A stretch of DNA of 64,000 bases from an uncultured Clostridia bacterium (lineage in GTDB: Bacteria > Bacillota > Clostridia > Christensenellales > UBA1242): assembly GCA_934754495.1 (NCBI GenBank), contig CAKVHW010000005.1, positions 26,533 to 90,532 on the forward strand. Reading direction: 5' to 3'. Under the pieces are notes generated by a model. The model worked only from the letters and a program-made list of their open reading frames with translations, was not told the origin of the DNA and did not search any database. Shown here in pieces: positions 20,001-27,966 of the stretch. The position numbers were made by a program, and so were the translations under genes. How positions within the stretch are numbered: the stretch's first letter is position 1; each line of letters starts with the position of its first letter.

Positions 20001-20624
20001 AAACTTGGTCATGTTAACGTTAATGCTATTGAAGACTATAAGTTGTTGTTGGAACGTCATGGTAGTATGTACGAACAAGCCCAAGATCTAATTAAAGCCG
20101 AAGACGACCTAAAACAAATTATTAAAGAACTTTCTGCTGAAATGAAAGAACGTTTCGAAACCGAATTTAATAAGATTAACGATAACTTTGGTAGGGTGTT
20201 CCAAACATTGTTTGGTGGTGGAAAGGCTCGCCTAGAACTAGTGGAAAGCAACGATGTACTAGAAGCTGGTGTTGATATTATTGCTGAGCCACCAGGAAAG
20301 AAACTTAGCAACATTACACTTCTAAGTGGTGGTGAAAAATCACTTACAGCTATTGCAATTTTGTTTGCAATTTTGCAATTAAAACCAATGCCTTTCTGTT
20401 TGCTAGATGAAATTGAAGCAGCCCTAGATGAAGCCAATGTTGAAAGGTTTGCAAAGTACCTTAAAAACTATTCACAAGACACTCAATTTATTGTTATTAC
20501 CCACAAAAAACCAACAATGGAACATGCTGATGTGCTATATGGTGTAACAATGGAAGAAAAAGGTGTAAGTAAGATAGTTTCAGTTAAACTAAGTGAAGCA
20601 ATTAAAAATGTGGAGAGTAGATAA
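17052..20624 (+). CDS. smc: Chromosome segregation protein SMC
   Basis: 1190 aa; N-terminal Walker A GPNGCGKSN, long coiled coils, hinge, C-terminal LSGGEKSLTAIA signature and LLDEIEAALD Walker B. Confidence 0.97.
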   Translation: MNFKQLEMVGFKSFADPIKLTFSDGITAIVGPNGCGKSNVADAIRWVLGEQSSKMLRGSVMQDVIFKGTEKRKSLSFCEVSLCFDNTNRIFKVDYDEIVITRKLYRSGDSEYLINRTPCRLKDIIDLLHDSGIGKSGYSIIGQGKVEEIINSKPEDRRAIFEEAAGISKFKFKKVEAERKLARTQDNLTRINDIIQEIDKQLAPLKRQSETAKIYLDLKEKLKVLEINAYIYQYDYASENKAAIQQKIDAIVEEMNLRQSDLDATINDYNETFNEINSLDENIAKTRDKILELTVGIEKQMGETNLIMERVRNIEAEVDRLNGELTKAETKRNELNEALYSNKVASENKKEKLYTLKHSASELEDKYNSVFSELESGEMATKEAQKRLFASIEKIGDTKARISALQVEKTTYLKEIDQITTDSNELKDVQTDKVNEYRAHEGEMQKLFSEKGKMKFDLDELIDKQTAKYNEIKYTENEINELSSNILSLNNRKKLLLDMQKEYEGFNGSVKRLLTDAEQNKDLKNKIVGVLANLIKVPETYQTAIEMALGSAVQNIVTRTDEEAKQLIAYLKQMEYGRVTFLPINSIKPRYFDRNNAKFLSSTGCFGLASDLITYDKNIANIISSLLGTTAIVNNINNAVSIAKQSGYAFRIVTLEGEIISPQGSITGGSRKSQFTTLLARDNNIKLAEEQLSKLEGQKQQKMALLGDLNDQHKSLTASINDLTNKLREAEISYAQISEIVKNEGAYVSELEARQNKFASDMAKAKQMVISIDGELGKLSNDPDIKLSEVAIGEDNQFDDLKNKKEQYISELTNMKVEIASLESELVALAQEKERLETELNACEAEIKTISPSYEKNKQQLAVLKLNATHSQGSIQANEINEELNKTKQTLDALNSSKVELQSKLRLLEEQRMNFTAEVNRLQDKKYQQDLNLTKVDTDIETMQERVWTEYEVTYATAVDYKQEMFNIKEALPEISRLKKEINKLGHVNVNAIEDYKLLLERHGSMYEQAQDLIKAEDDLKQIIKELSAEMKERFETEFNKINDNFGRVFQTLFGGGKARLELVESNDVLEAGVDIIAEPPGKKLSNITLLSGGEKSLTAIAILFAILQLKPMPFCLLDEIEAALDEANVERFAKYLKNYSQDTQFIVITHKKPTMEHADVLYGVTMEEKGVSKIVSVKLSEAIKNVESR

Positions 20625-21529
20625 TGGGGTTTTTCAAAAAAATATTTGGTGGACTAAAAAAGACTAAAGATGCAATTGCAAGTAAACTTAACTCAATTTT
20701 TTATGGCGAACTTGATGACGAATTTTACGAAGAACTAGAATACGTGCTAATTAGCAGTGACATTGGCACCGAAGCAACAACAGAGATTATTGAAAATGTT
20801 AAAAAGTTGGCTAAAAAGCAAAAAGTTAAAACCGAAAAAGAGTTTTATGCTTTGCTAAAAACAGCAATGGCAGAACTACTTGAAGTTGGGAAACAAAACG
20901 ACAATTACCCAAAACTAATTACTTTTGTGGGTGTTAATGGTGTGGGCAAAACCACAACAATTGGCAGACTTGCTAATTACTATAAAAGTGAAGGACATTC
21001 GGTATTATTAGTTGCTGGTGACACATTCCGTGCTGCCGCAACCGAACAACTTACCGAGTGGTCAAAACGTGCAAAGGTGCGTATTGTAAAGTACGGTGAA
21101 GGCGTTGACCCAGGCAGTGTTGTGTACGATGGTGTTAAAAGTGCAGTGGCTAAAAAAGAAGATGTTGTACTTGTTGATACAGCTGGTAGACTTCACACAA
21201 AATCAAACCTTATGGAAGAACTAAAAAAGATTAACAAGATTATTGAAAAAGAGTGGACTAGTCTTGGTTATGCTCATGAAAACTATCTTGTAATTGATGC
21301 CACAACTGGTCAAAATGCTTTGCAACAAGTTGAAGAATTTAACAAAACTGTTGGACTAGACGGCATTGTTCTTACAAAACTTGACGGAACAGCCAAGGGT
21401 GGTGTTGTGTTTGCAATCGCCAAAGAATATGGTCTTCCTATTAAATTTGTTGGAGTAGGCGAAGGACTTGATGATATTATTCCATTTAATGCAACCGATT
21501 TTGTAAACGGACTTTTTGACACAGAGTAA
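20624..21529 (+). CDS. ftsY: Signal recognition particle receptor FtsY
   Basis: SRP-GTPase NG domain: GVNGVGKTTT, DTAGR, TKLDGTAKGG. Confidence 0.96.
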   Translation: MGFFKKIFGGLKKTKDAIASKLNSIFYGELDDEFYEELEYVLISSDIGTEATTEIIENVKKLAKKQKVKTEKEFYALLKTAMAELLEVGKQNDNYPKLITFVGVNGVGKTTTIGRLANYYKSEGHSVLLVAGDTFRAAATEQLTEWSKRAKVRIVKYGEGVDPGSVVYDGVKSAVAKKEDVVLVDTAGRLHTKSNLMEELKKINKIIEKEWTSLGYAHENYLVIDATTGQNALQQVEEFNKTVGLDGIVLTKLDGTAKGGVVFAIAKEYGLPIKFVGVGEGLDDIIPFNATDFVNGLFDTE

Positions 21530-21550
21530 TAAAAAAGTTAAAAATAATTG

Positions 21551-21579
21551 TTGACAAGTAAATAAGTATATATTATAAT
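21551..21579 (+). promoter_or_regulatory. Candidate sigma-A promoter for ylxM-ffh
   Basis: TTGACA - 17 nt - TATAAT. Confidence 0.5.
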
Positions 21580-21580
21580 G

Positions 21581-21616
21581 GTGTAAAGTAAAAATACTTT
21601 ACACTGTTATTTTTTA
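21581..21616 (+). terminator. Perfect 10-bp hairpin plus T-run (terminator of smc-ftsY, or an operator overlapping the transcription start)
   Basis: gtgtaaagta-aaaa-tactttacac followed by tgttatttttt, starting 2 nt after the -10 box. Confidence 0.5.
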
Positions 21617-21631
21617 TTTGGAGTTTTTGAA

Positions 21632-21925
21632 ATGGAGTTAAATAATATTGTTGTTATTAACAATTTATTAGATGCTTATGGCAAGCTTCTTACTAAAAAA
21701 CAACAACAAATTATGGATTATTATTATAAATCTAATTATTCGTTGTCCGAAATAGCAGAATCGCTAGGAATCACAAGGCAGGCGGTTAATTTTAGCTTAA
21801 AACAATCTTTGGAATCGCTGAATAACTATGAAGAAAAGTTACATTTGGTTGAAATTAAAAATATTGTTTTAAAAAGTGAAAATAGCGAATTAAAAAATAA
21901 ATTACTATCTAAAATGGAGGAGTAA
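21632..21925 (+). CDS. ylxM: YlxM/UPF0122 putative HTH protein
   Basis: 97 aa immediately upstream of ffh; the LSEIAESLGITRQAV HTH is typical of YlxM. Confidence 0.85.
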   Translation: MELNNIVVINNLLDAYGKLLTKKQQQIMDYYYKSNYSLSEIAESLGITRQAVNFSLKQSLESLNNYEEKLHLVEIKNIVLKSENSELKNKLLSKMEE

Positions 21926-23250
21926 TGGCTTTATTTGGAAGTTTAAGTGAAAAGTTATCACACGTTTTTAGTAAAATTACCAAACGTGGAACACTTACCG
22001 AACTTGAGATAAAAAATGCAATGCGTGAAATCCGTGTTGCACTTTTAGAAGCAGACGTTAACTTTTTAGTTGTTAAAGACTTAGTTGCTAAAATAAGTGA
22101 AAAGTGTTCAGGCGAAAGGGTTATGAAAAGCCTTACCCCTGGTCAACAAGTTGTTAAGATTGTTAATGAAGAACTTACAGCCCTTATGGGTAGCACTAAT
22201 AGTAAGTTGGCTGTTGCAAGCAATCCGCCTACAATTATTTTAATGTGCGGTCTTCAAGGTGCGGGCAAAACCACAATGTGTGGCAAACTTGCTAAATACC
22301 TTAAAAAACAAGGCAAAAAACCTTTGCTTGTTGCATGTGATATTTATCGTCCTGCAGCCATTAACCAATTAAAGGTTGTAGGTAAGTCGGTAGACACCGA
22401 AGTGTATGACGAAGGCACTAGTAAACCTGCAAAAACATCGGCTAATGCTGTAAAGTATGCTTTAAAGAAAGGCTACGATACTGTTATTATTGATACCGCT
22501 GGTAGACTTCATATTAATGACGAACTTATGGACGAACTTAACGAAATTAAAAAGACAGTTAAGCCTACCGAAATTTTGCTTACAGTAGATAGTATGACAG
22601 GTCAAGATGCAGTTAATGTTGCTACAACATTCAACGAAAAACTTGATATTACTGGTGTTATTCTTACAAAGCTTGACGGTGATACTCGTGGTGGTGCAGC
22701 ACTTAGCATTAAGGCTGTAACCAATAAGCCAATTAAGTTTTGCGGAACTGGTGAAAAAATGGACGACATTGAGCCATTCTACCCAGACCGTATGGCAAGC
22801 CGTATTCTAAATATGGGCGATGTGCTTACACTTATTGAAAAAGCGCAAGAAAGTATCAATGAAGAAGAAGCTAAGAAAATGGAGAAAAAGTTAAGAGAGA
22901 ATTCGTTTACTCTTGACGATTATTTAGTTCAATTTTCTCAACTTAAGAAAATGGGAAATATTTCCGATATTATTAATATGATACCGGGTGCAGGAAAGTT
23001 GAAATTGAATGAAAACAGCATTGATGAAAAAACTCTTGAAAAGAATAAAAGCATTATTCTTAGCATGACTAAGGAAGAACGTGAAAATCCTGACATTATA
23101 AAGGGCAGTAGAAAAAAACGTATCGCTTCTGGTAGTGGAACAACTATTCAAGATGTTAACATTTTACTTAAACAATTCTATGGTGCTAAAGACATGATTA
23201 AAATGTTTAACGGAAACAAAAAATTTGGTGGTATGAAATTACCATTCTAA
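21925..23250 (+). CDS. ffh: Signal recognition particle protein Ffh
   Basis: GLQGAGKTT, DTAGR, TKLDGDTRGGAALS motifs and a Met-rich M domain. Confidence 0.97.
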   Translation: MALFGSLSEKLSHVFSKITKRGTLTELEIKNAMREIRVALLEADVNFLVVKDLVAKISEKCSGERVMKSLTPGQQVVKIVNEELTALMGSTNSKLAVASNPPTIILMCGLQGAGKTTMCGKLAKYLKKQGKKPLLVACDIYRPAAINQLKVVGKSVDTEVYDEGTSKPAKTSANAVKYALKKGYDTVIIDTAGRLHINDELMDELNEIKKTVKPTEILLTVDSMTGQDAVNVATTFNEKLDITGVILTKLDGDTRGGAALSIKAVTNKPIKFCGTGEKMDDIEPFYPDRMASRILNMGDVLTLIEKAQESINEEEAKKMEKKLRENSFTLDDYLVQFSQLKKMGNISDIINMIPGAGKLKLNENSIDEKTLEKNKSIILSMTKEERENPDIIKGSRKKRIASGSGTTIQDVNILLKQFYGAKDMIKMFNGNKKFGGMKLPF

Positions 23251-23352
23251 TGCTAAATAGTTTAGCAAACAACATAGTTTTTTAGTCTTTTTTTGATAGT
23301 AAAAATGCTATATAAAAAAAGTTTATATATTAAAACAAAAGGAGAAATAAAA

Positions 23353-23649
23353 ATGGCAGTAAAAATTAGACTTACTAGACTTGGTGACAAACATTCACCT
23401 TTCTACAGAATTGTAGTTACAGATTCTAGAAAAGCAAGAGATGGTGAATACCTAGAAAAACTTGGTACTTTCAATCCTCTTACAGACCCTGTTCAAGTAG
23501 TTTTAGACGAAGAACGTACTAAATACTGGCTTGGTACTGGCGCTCAACCAACCGAAACTGCACGTACAATTTTGGTTAACAAGGGATTATTAAAACCTAT
23601 GGCAAAAAGAGCTCCAAAAACAGACAAAAAGAAAAAAGAAAACAAATAA
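23353..23649 (+). CDS. rpsP: 30S ribosomal protein S16
   Basis: MAVKIRLTRLGDKHSPFYRIVV N-terminus with a GGAGA RBS. The tracked start at 23293 is too far upstream. Lys-rich C-terminal tail. Confidence 0.95.
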   Translation: MAVKIRLTRLGDKHSPFYRIVVTDSRKARDGEYLEKLGTFNPLTDPVQVVLDEERTKYWLGTGAQPTETARTILVNKGLLKPMAKRAPKTDKKKKENK

Positions 23650-23660
23650 TTAGGTGATGT

Positions 23661-23897
23661 ATGGAAGAATTAGTTAGATACATTGCATGCGCACTTGTTG
23701 GAAATGACAACATTAAAGTTGAATCCAAAAAGGAAAGTGACAAGGTTACTGTTCTAACTGTTTTGGCAACTAAAGACGATATGGGCAAAATTATTGGCCG
23801 TAACGGAAAAGTGGCTAATAGCATTAGAACTCTAGTTAAGTCAGCGTCATTAAAATCAGGAATTCGTTATATTGTTAAGATTAACGAATTAGTGTAA
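23661..23897 (+). CDS. KH-domain RNA-binding protein (YlqC/KhpA-like)
   Basis: 78 aa with the GKIIGRNGKVANSIR GXXG KH motif, in the conserved position after rpsP. Confidence 0.87.
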   Translation: MEELVRYIACALVGNDNIKVESKKESDKVTVLTVLATKDDMGKIIGRNGKVANSIRTLVKSASLKSGIRYIVKINELV

Positions 23898-23900
23898 TTA

Positions 23901-23929
23901 AAAAGAGCATTACAAATGCTCTTTTTTTA
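23901..23929 (+). terminator. Rho-independent terminator
   Basis: agagcat/atgctct stem plus a T7 run. Confidence 0.8.
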
Positions 23930-23978
23930 TTGAAAAATCGCCTTTAAATATGATATACTTAATTATTAGGAGATTATT

Positions 23979-24473
23979 ATGGAACAATTAGGAATTATTA
24001 CAAAACCACAAGGATTAAAAGGTGAGTTTAGAGTAAACACCGATTATTTTGATTTTACACCTATTAAGAAACTAAAAAATGTTACCATTGGTGGCATCTC
24101 ATACGATGTAGAAAAAGTGGTTTTGCGCGATAGTTTTGTTGTATTAAAAGTAAAAGGAATTGACACTTGCGAACAAGCTGAAGAATTACGCAATGTGCCA
24201 ATTTATTGTGAGTTAAAGCCATTTTTAGCAGATAATGAAGTTTTTGTAAAAGATATTTTGGGTTTTGACCTTATAGGCAAACAATCTAATTTTAAAATTG
24301 GCACATTAGTTAGCATTGACGACTATGGCAAAATGGAAGTATACAATGCGGAGTATAATGGCAAAACTTTTTCGTTTCCAAATGTTAGAGATGTGATTTT
24401 AAAGTTTGATTTAAACAAAAAACAAATTCTTGTAGATGAATATGTTTTACAAGAAATTAGGGTGGACGATTAA
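23979..24473 (+). CDS. rimM: 16S rRNA processing protein RimM
   Basis: GIITKPQGLKGEFRV N-terminus and a PRC-barrel C-terminus, immediately upstream of trmD. Confidence 0.9.
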   Translation: MEQLGIITKPQGLKGEFRVNTDYFDFTPIKKLKNVTIGGISYDVEKVVLRDSFVVLKVKGIDTCEQAEELRNVPIYCELKPFLADNEVFVKDILGFDLIGKQSNFKIGTLVSIDDYGKMEVYNAEYNGKTFSFPNVRDVILKFDLNKKQILVDEYVLQEIRVDD

Positions 24474-25141
24474 TGAAAATAGATATTCTTACAATTTTCC
24501 CAGAAATGTTTGCACCGCTTCAAACTAGCCTAATAGGGAAAGCGGTTGAAAATAATAAAGTTGAAATTAACATTATAGACATTCGCCCATTTTCAGCCGA
24601 AAAGCACAAGAAAACCGATGATTACCCATTTGGTGGTGGCGATGGAATGGTTATGACACCACAACCACTTTATGACGCAATTATGAGTGTTAAAAAAGAA
24701 AACTCACACGTTGTGTATTTGTCGCCAAAGGGTAGAGTGTTAAATCAAAACATTGTTAAAGAATTTGCTACCATTTACGAACATTTAGTGCTAGTATGTG
24801 GTCACTATGAAGGTATTGACGAACGTGTTATTACACTTTGTGTTGACGAACAAATTAGTATAGGTGACTATGTTCTTACTGGCGGAGAAATTCCAGCAAT
24901 GGCACTAACAGATGCCATTTTACGTTATGTTCCTGATGTTTTGCACAACGAACATAGCACCGAAGACGAAAGTTTTAGTGAAAAATTGCTTGAATATCCA
25001 CAATATACACGTCCACGTGAATTTATGGGGCTAAGTGTACCTGATGTGCTTGTTAATGGAAATCACAAGGAAATTGCCAAGTGGCGTGCCGAGCAAAAAA
25101 TTAGCGAAACTAAAAAGTATCGTCCAGATTTGCTTGATTAA
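24473..25141 (+). CDS. trmD: tRNA (guanine37-N1)-methyltransferase
   Basis: ILTIFPEMF, DDYPFGGGDGMVM, CGHYEGIDERV, LTGGEIPAM motifs. Confidence 0.96.
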   Translation: MKIDILTIFPEMFAPLQTSLIGKAVENNKVEINIIDIRPFSAEKHKKTDDYPFGGGDGMVMTPQPLYDAIMSVKKENSHVVYLSPKGRVLNQNIVKEFATIYEHLVLVCGHYEGIDERVITLCVDEQISIGDYVLTGGEIPAMALTDAILRYVPDVLHNEHSTEDESFSEKLLEYPQYTRPREFMGLSVPDVLVNGNHKEIAKWRAEQKISETKKYRPDLLD

Positions 25142-25159
25142 AATAATAAGGAAAAAAAT

Positions 25160-26044
25160 ATGATTATTCAATGGTTCCCAGGGCATATGAACAAAGCCCT
25201 AAAAATGATGCAAGAAGAAGTTAAAAAGGTAGATGCAGTAATATATGTGCTTGACTCTAGAGCACCTTTTTCTTGTGTTAATCCAAAGTTTACTAATATT
25301 ATTGGTGATAAGCCAATTATATATGTTTTTAATAAAGCCGACATTGCCGATATGGAAAAAATTAGGGAATGGGTGAAATATTTTAGCAAAGAAAACACTC
25401 GTTGTATTGTACTTAATAGCACAGCTAGTGGAAGCTCAACTAAAATAGTAACCGCTCTTAAAGATTTGCTTAAAGACCGCATAGAAAAGTATGCCAAGAA
25501 AGATGTTACACTTATTCTTAGAGCAATGATTGTCGGTGTGCCAAACTCAGGCAAAAGCACACTTGCCAACAACCTATGTGGCAAAACAAAAGCAAAAGCC
25601 GAAAATCGTGCTGGTGTTACTCGTAGTAAACAATGGGTTAGGGTGGCAAACGATGTTGAAGTGCTTGACACTCCTGGTACACTTTGGCCAGCCTTTAACA
25701 ATAATCAGGTTGCACATCACCTTGCGTATATTGGAAGTATTAAAGAAGATGTGCTGGACATTCCAGAACTTAGCCTTGATTTTATTGCAGATATAATAAA
25801 ATTAGATAAGGGAATTTTAGAAAATAGATATTCCATAACAATAGAAGCCGAAGATACTTCGCTTATGGTTTTGGATAAAATATGTATATCACGTAAGTAT
25901 GTTATGCGTGGTGGTGATATAGACTATGATAGGGGAAGTATGGCTTTAATTAGCGATTTTAAGCAAGGTCGCTTAGGTAATATTACATTAGAAAGTGTTA
26001 AAGACATAAGACGTCTATCAAAACGTGACCGAAAGGAAGACTAA
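25160..26044 (+). CDS. rbgA: Ribosome biogenesis GTPase A (YlqF)
   Basis: IQWFPGHM N-terminus and circularly permuted GTPase motif order (NKADI before GVPNSGKST and DTPG). Confidence 0.92.
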   Translation: MIIQWFPGHMNKALKMMQEEVKKVDAVIYVLDSRAPFSCVNPKFTNIIGDKPIIYVFNKADIADMEKIREWVKYFSKENTRCIVLNSTASGSSTKIVTALKDLLKDRIEKYAKKDVTLILRAMIVGVPNSGKSTLANNLCGKTKAKAENRAGVTRSKQWVRVANDVEVLDTPGTLWPAFNNNQVAHHLAYIGSIKEDVLDIPELSLDFIADIIKLDKGILENRYSITIEAEDTSLMVLDKICISRKYVMRGGDIDYDRGSMALISDFKQGRLGNITLESVKDIRRLSKRDRKED

Positions 26045-26045
26045 T

Positions 26046-26642
26046 ATGCTAGATTACGAGAAAAAATATTATGATGCTGGTTATACATTGGTTGCAGGAA
26101 TTGACGAAGCGGGTCGTGGACCGCTTGCAGGCCCTGTGTGTGTTGCAATTGTCATTATGCCACAGGATAATATTATTGAAGAAATAAATGATAGTAAAAA
26201 ACTATCTGAGAAAAAACGTGAGATGTTGTACAATAAAATCATTGAAACCGCTATAAGCTATGATATAGAACTTATTGACGAAAAGATGATTGATAAAGTT
26301 AATATCTTAAATGCAACAAAACTTGGCATGTTAAAATGTATTGAAAACATTCCAGTTAAGCCCGAACTTGTGCTAATAGATGCGGTTAAAATTGATGGAG
26401 AAGTGCCAACTGTTAGCATTGTTCATGGCGATGCATTAAGTTATAATATTGCAGCGGCAAGTATTTTAGCAAAAGTAACACGTGATAGATTAATGGTAGA
26501 ACTTGACGCAAAATATCCAAATTACAACTTTAAAAAGCATAAGGGTTATGGTACAAAAGAACATATTGAAGCCCTAAAAAAGTACGGGAAATGTGATATT
26601 CATCGTGATAGTTTTATAGGTCATTTTGTAGGTGAAAAGTGA
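26046..26642 (+). CDS. rnhB: Ribonuclease HII
   Basis: GIDEAGRGPLAGPV catalytic motif, DSKKLS, and an ASILAKV block typical of RNase HII. Start moved to MLDYEK. Confidence 0.93.
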   Translation: MLDYEKKYYDAGYTLVAGIDEAGRGPLAGPVCVAIVIMPQDNIIEEINDSKKLSEKKREMLYNKIIETAISYDIELIDEKMIDKVNILNATKLGMLKCIENIPVKPELVLIDAVKIDGEVPTVSIVHGDALSYNIAAASILAKVTRDRLMVELDAKYPNYNFKKHKGYGTKEHIEALKKYGKCDIHRDSFIGHFVGEK

Positions 26643-26977
26643 GTAAAATTGTAGGATTAAAGGGTGAAGTAGAAGCACAAGAATACCTAAAAAACAAGGG
26701 ATATGAAATAGTAGCCACCAATTACAAAAACAAAATTGGCGAGATAGATATTATTTGTAAAAAAGATGGTGTACTTGTGTTTGTTGAAGTAAAAACACGT
26801 GAAAGCCTAAAGTTTGGTCACCCACGTGAAGCGGTAAATTACTATAAGCAGATGAAAATCCGTAACGTTGCAATAGGGTACTTAAAGTACAAAAACTTAT
26901 ACGAGAAGTGTCCAATCCGTTTTGACGTGATAGACATTGTTGGGCAAAACCTAACCCATATAGAAAATGCGTTTTGA
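26639..26977 (+). CDS. YraN-family (UPF0102) endonuclease-like protein
   Basis: GEIDII...FVEVKTR...RFDVI pattern; GTG start overlaps the rnhB stop as GTGA. Confidence 0.85.
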   Translation: MSKIVGLKGEVEAQEYLKNKGYEIVATNYKNKIGEIDIICKKDGVLVFVEVKTRESLKFGHPREAVNYYKQMKIRNVAIGYLKYKNLYEKCPIRFDVIDIVGQNLTHIENAF

Positions 26978-27029
26978 TTAATAAATAGGCACTTTTCGTC
27001 ATAAAATATTATAAATTTGAAAAAAACAC

Positions 27030-27058
27030 TTGATATATGTTTTTATTTATGATAATAT
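27030..27058 (+). promoter_or_regulatory. Candidate sigma-A promoter for rplS
   Basis: TTGATA - 17 nt - TGaTAATAT. Confidence 0.5.
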
Positions 27059-27132
27059 AACGTAGTGACTTCGGATGGTCCGCTGTGATTTATATTGCAT
27101 GAACATCAAGTAAAATATAGGAGGTAAAGTCA
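27059..27132 (+). promoter_or_regulatory. Possible L19 autoregulatory leader
   Basis: About 70-nt GC-richer 5' UTR (gtgacttcggatggtccgctgtgat) before rplS. An L19 leader is known in low-GC Gram-positives. No covariance-model scoring was done. Confidence 0.3.
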
Positions 27133-27477
27133 GTGACACTTATTCAAGCTTTAGAAAGAGAAAATTTAAAACCAGAAATTCCTGAATTTAAAGTTGGTGA
27201 TACCGTTAAGGTTTATTGCAAAATCGTAGAAGGTACCAGAGAAAGAATTCAGTTATTTGAGGGTGTTGTTATTGCTAGAAAAAACTCTAGTGTAAGAGAA
27301 ACTTTTACTGTAAGAAGAATATCATTTGGTGTTGGCGTTGAAAAAACTTTCCCTATCCATTCCCCAAGAGTAGATAGAATTGAAGTTGTTAAACGTGGTA
27401 AAGTTAAACGTGCTAAATTATACTATCTTCGTAACCTTACAGGTAAGGCTGCTAATATTAAAGAAAAACAAAACTAA
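27133..27477 (+). CDS. rplS: 50S ribosomal protein L19
   Basis: FKVGDTVKV...[18 protein letters not shown]...RVDRIEVV, typical of L19; GTG start with GGAGG RBS. Confidence 0.95.
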   Translation: MTLIQALERENLKPEIPEFKVGDTVKVYCKIVEGTRERIQLFEGVVIARKNSSVRETFTVRRISFGVGVEKTFPIHSPRVDRIEVVKRGKVKRAKLYYLRNLTGKAANIKEKQN

Positions 27478-27505
27478 TTGTTTTAAACATCTTAAAATTA
27501 GAATT

Positions 27506-27536
27506 AAAAAGAATGTGTCATTACATTCTTTTTTTA
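27506..27536 (+). terminator. Rho-independent terminator after rplS
   Basis: agaatgt/acattct stem plus a T7 run. Confidence 0.8.
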
Positions 27537-27642
27537 CCCCAAAATTTCGACATTTGTCACAATAATTAAACAATACTTTCTTGCACATTTTTAGTTGCAA
27601 AATAGTATAATGTTAAATACTGCTAATATAAGGAGGCATAAT

Positions 27643-27828
27643 ATGGAAAATAGAACAGTAAGAGCTATTAGAGAAAGAAGAATGATTTTTAATGAAATCA
27701 AAAAAGCAAATAGAAATAAATTGGAAGCAAAAATTAATAAATCTGTAGAAACTGAAACACCTGTTAGGAAAATAGATTTTGAAGAAATGTTTGCCGATGA
27801 TTCAGTTCCAACACATTCTAATAGATAA
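27643..27828 (+). CDS. Small hypothetical protein (61 aa)
   Basis: The ATG at 27643 follows an AAGGAGG RBS, and the ORF has its own terminator. Charged, no motif recognised. Confidence 0.5.
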   Translation: MENRTVRAIRERRMIFNEIKKANRNKLEAKINKSVETETPVRKIDFEEMFADDSVPTHSNR

Positions 27829-27830
27829 TA

Positions 27831-27867
27831 AAAAATATAAGGGATTATAAACCTTATATTTTTTTGT
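27831..27867 (+). terminator. Rho-independent terminator
   Basis: atataagg/ccttatat stem plus a T-run. Confidence 0.7.
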
Positions 27868-27927
27868 CTTAATAATTTATATTAAATTTTATGTGTATAG
27901 GTTAGTACTATGCAAGTGCTATGCAAA

Positions 27928-27966
27928 AATAAAAAAGTTCCCTTTATTTTGGGGAACTTTTTTTAT
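27928..27966 (-). terminator. Terminator of lysS (readable on both strands)
   Basis: aagttccc/gggaactt stem flanked by an A-run and a T-run. Confidence 0.75.

Noticed and set aside
23293-23352. N-terminal extensions implied by the ORF-track starts. This applies to rpsP at 23293, and in the same way to trxA at 38489, rimP at 58120, hslU at 36385, rnhB at 26025, pta at 12574, and the ORFs starting at 3927, 8456, 46385, 49104 and 27595.
   Set aside because: In each case an internal ATG with a proper Shine-Dalgarno sequence matches the conserved N-terminus of the protein family. The upstream part overlaps a promoter, a terminator or the preceding gene.
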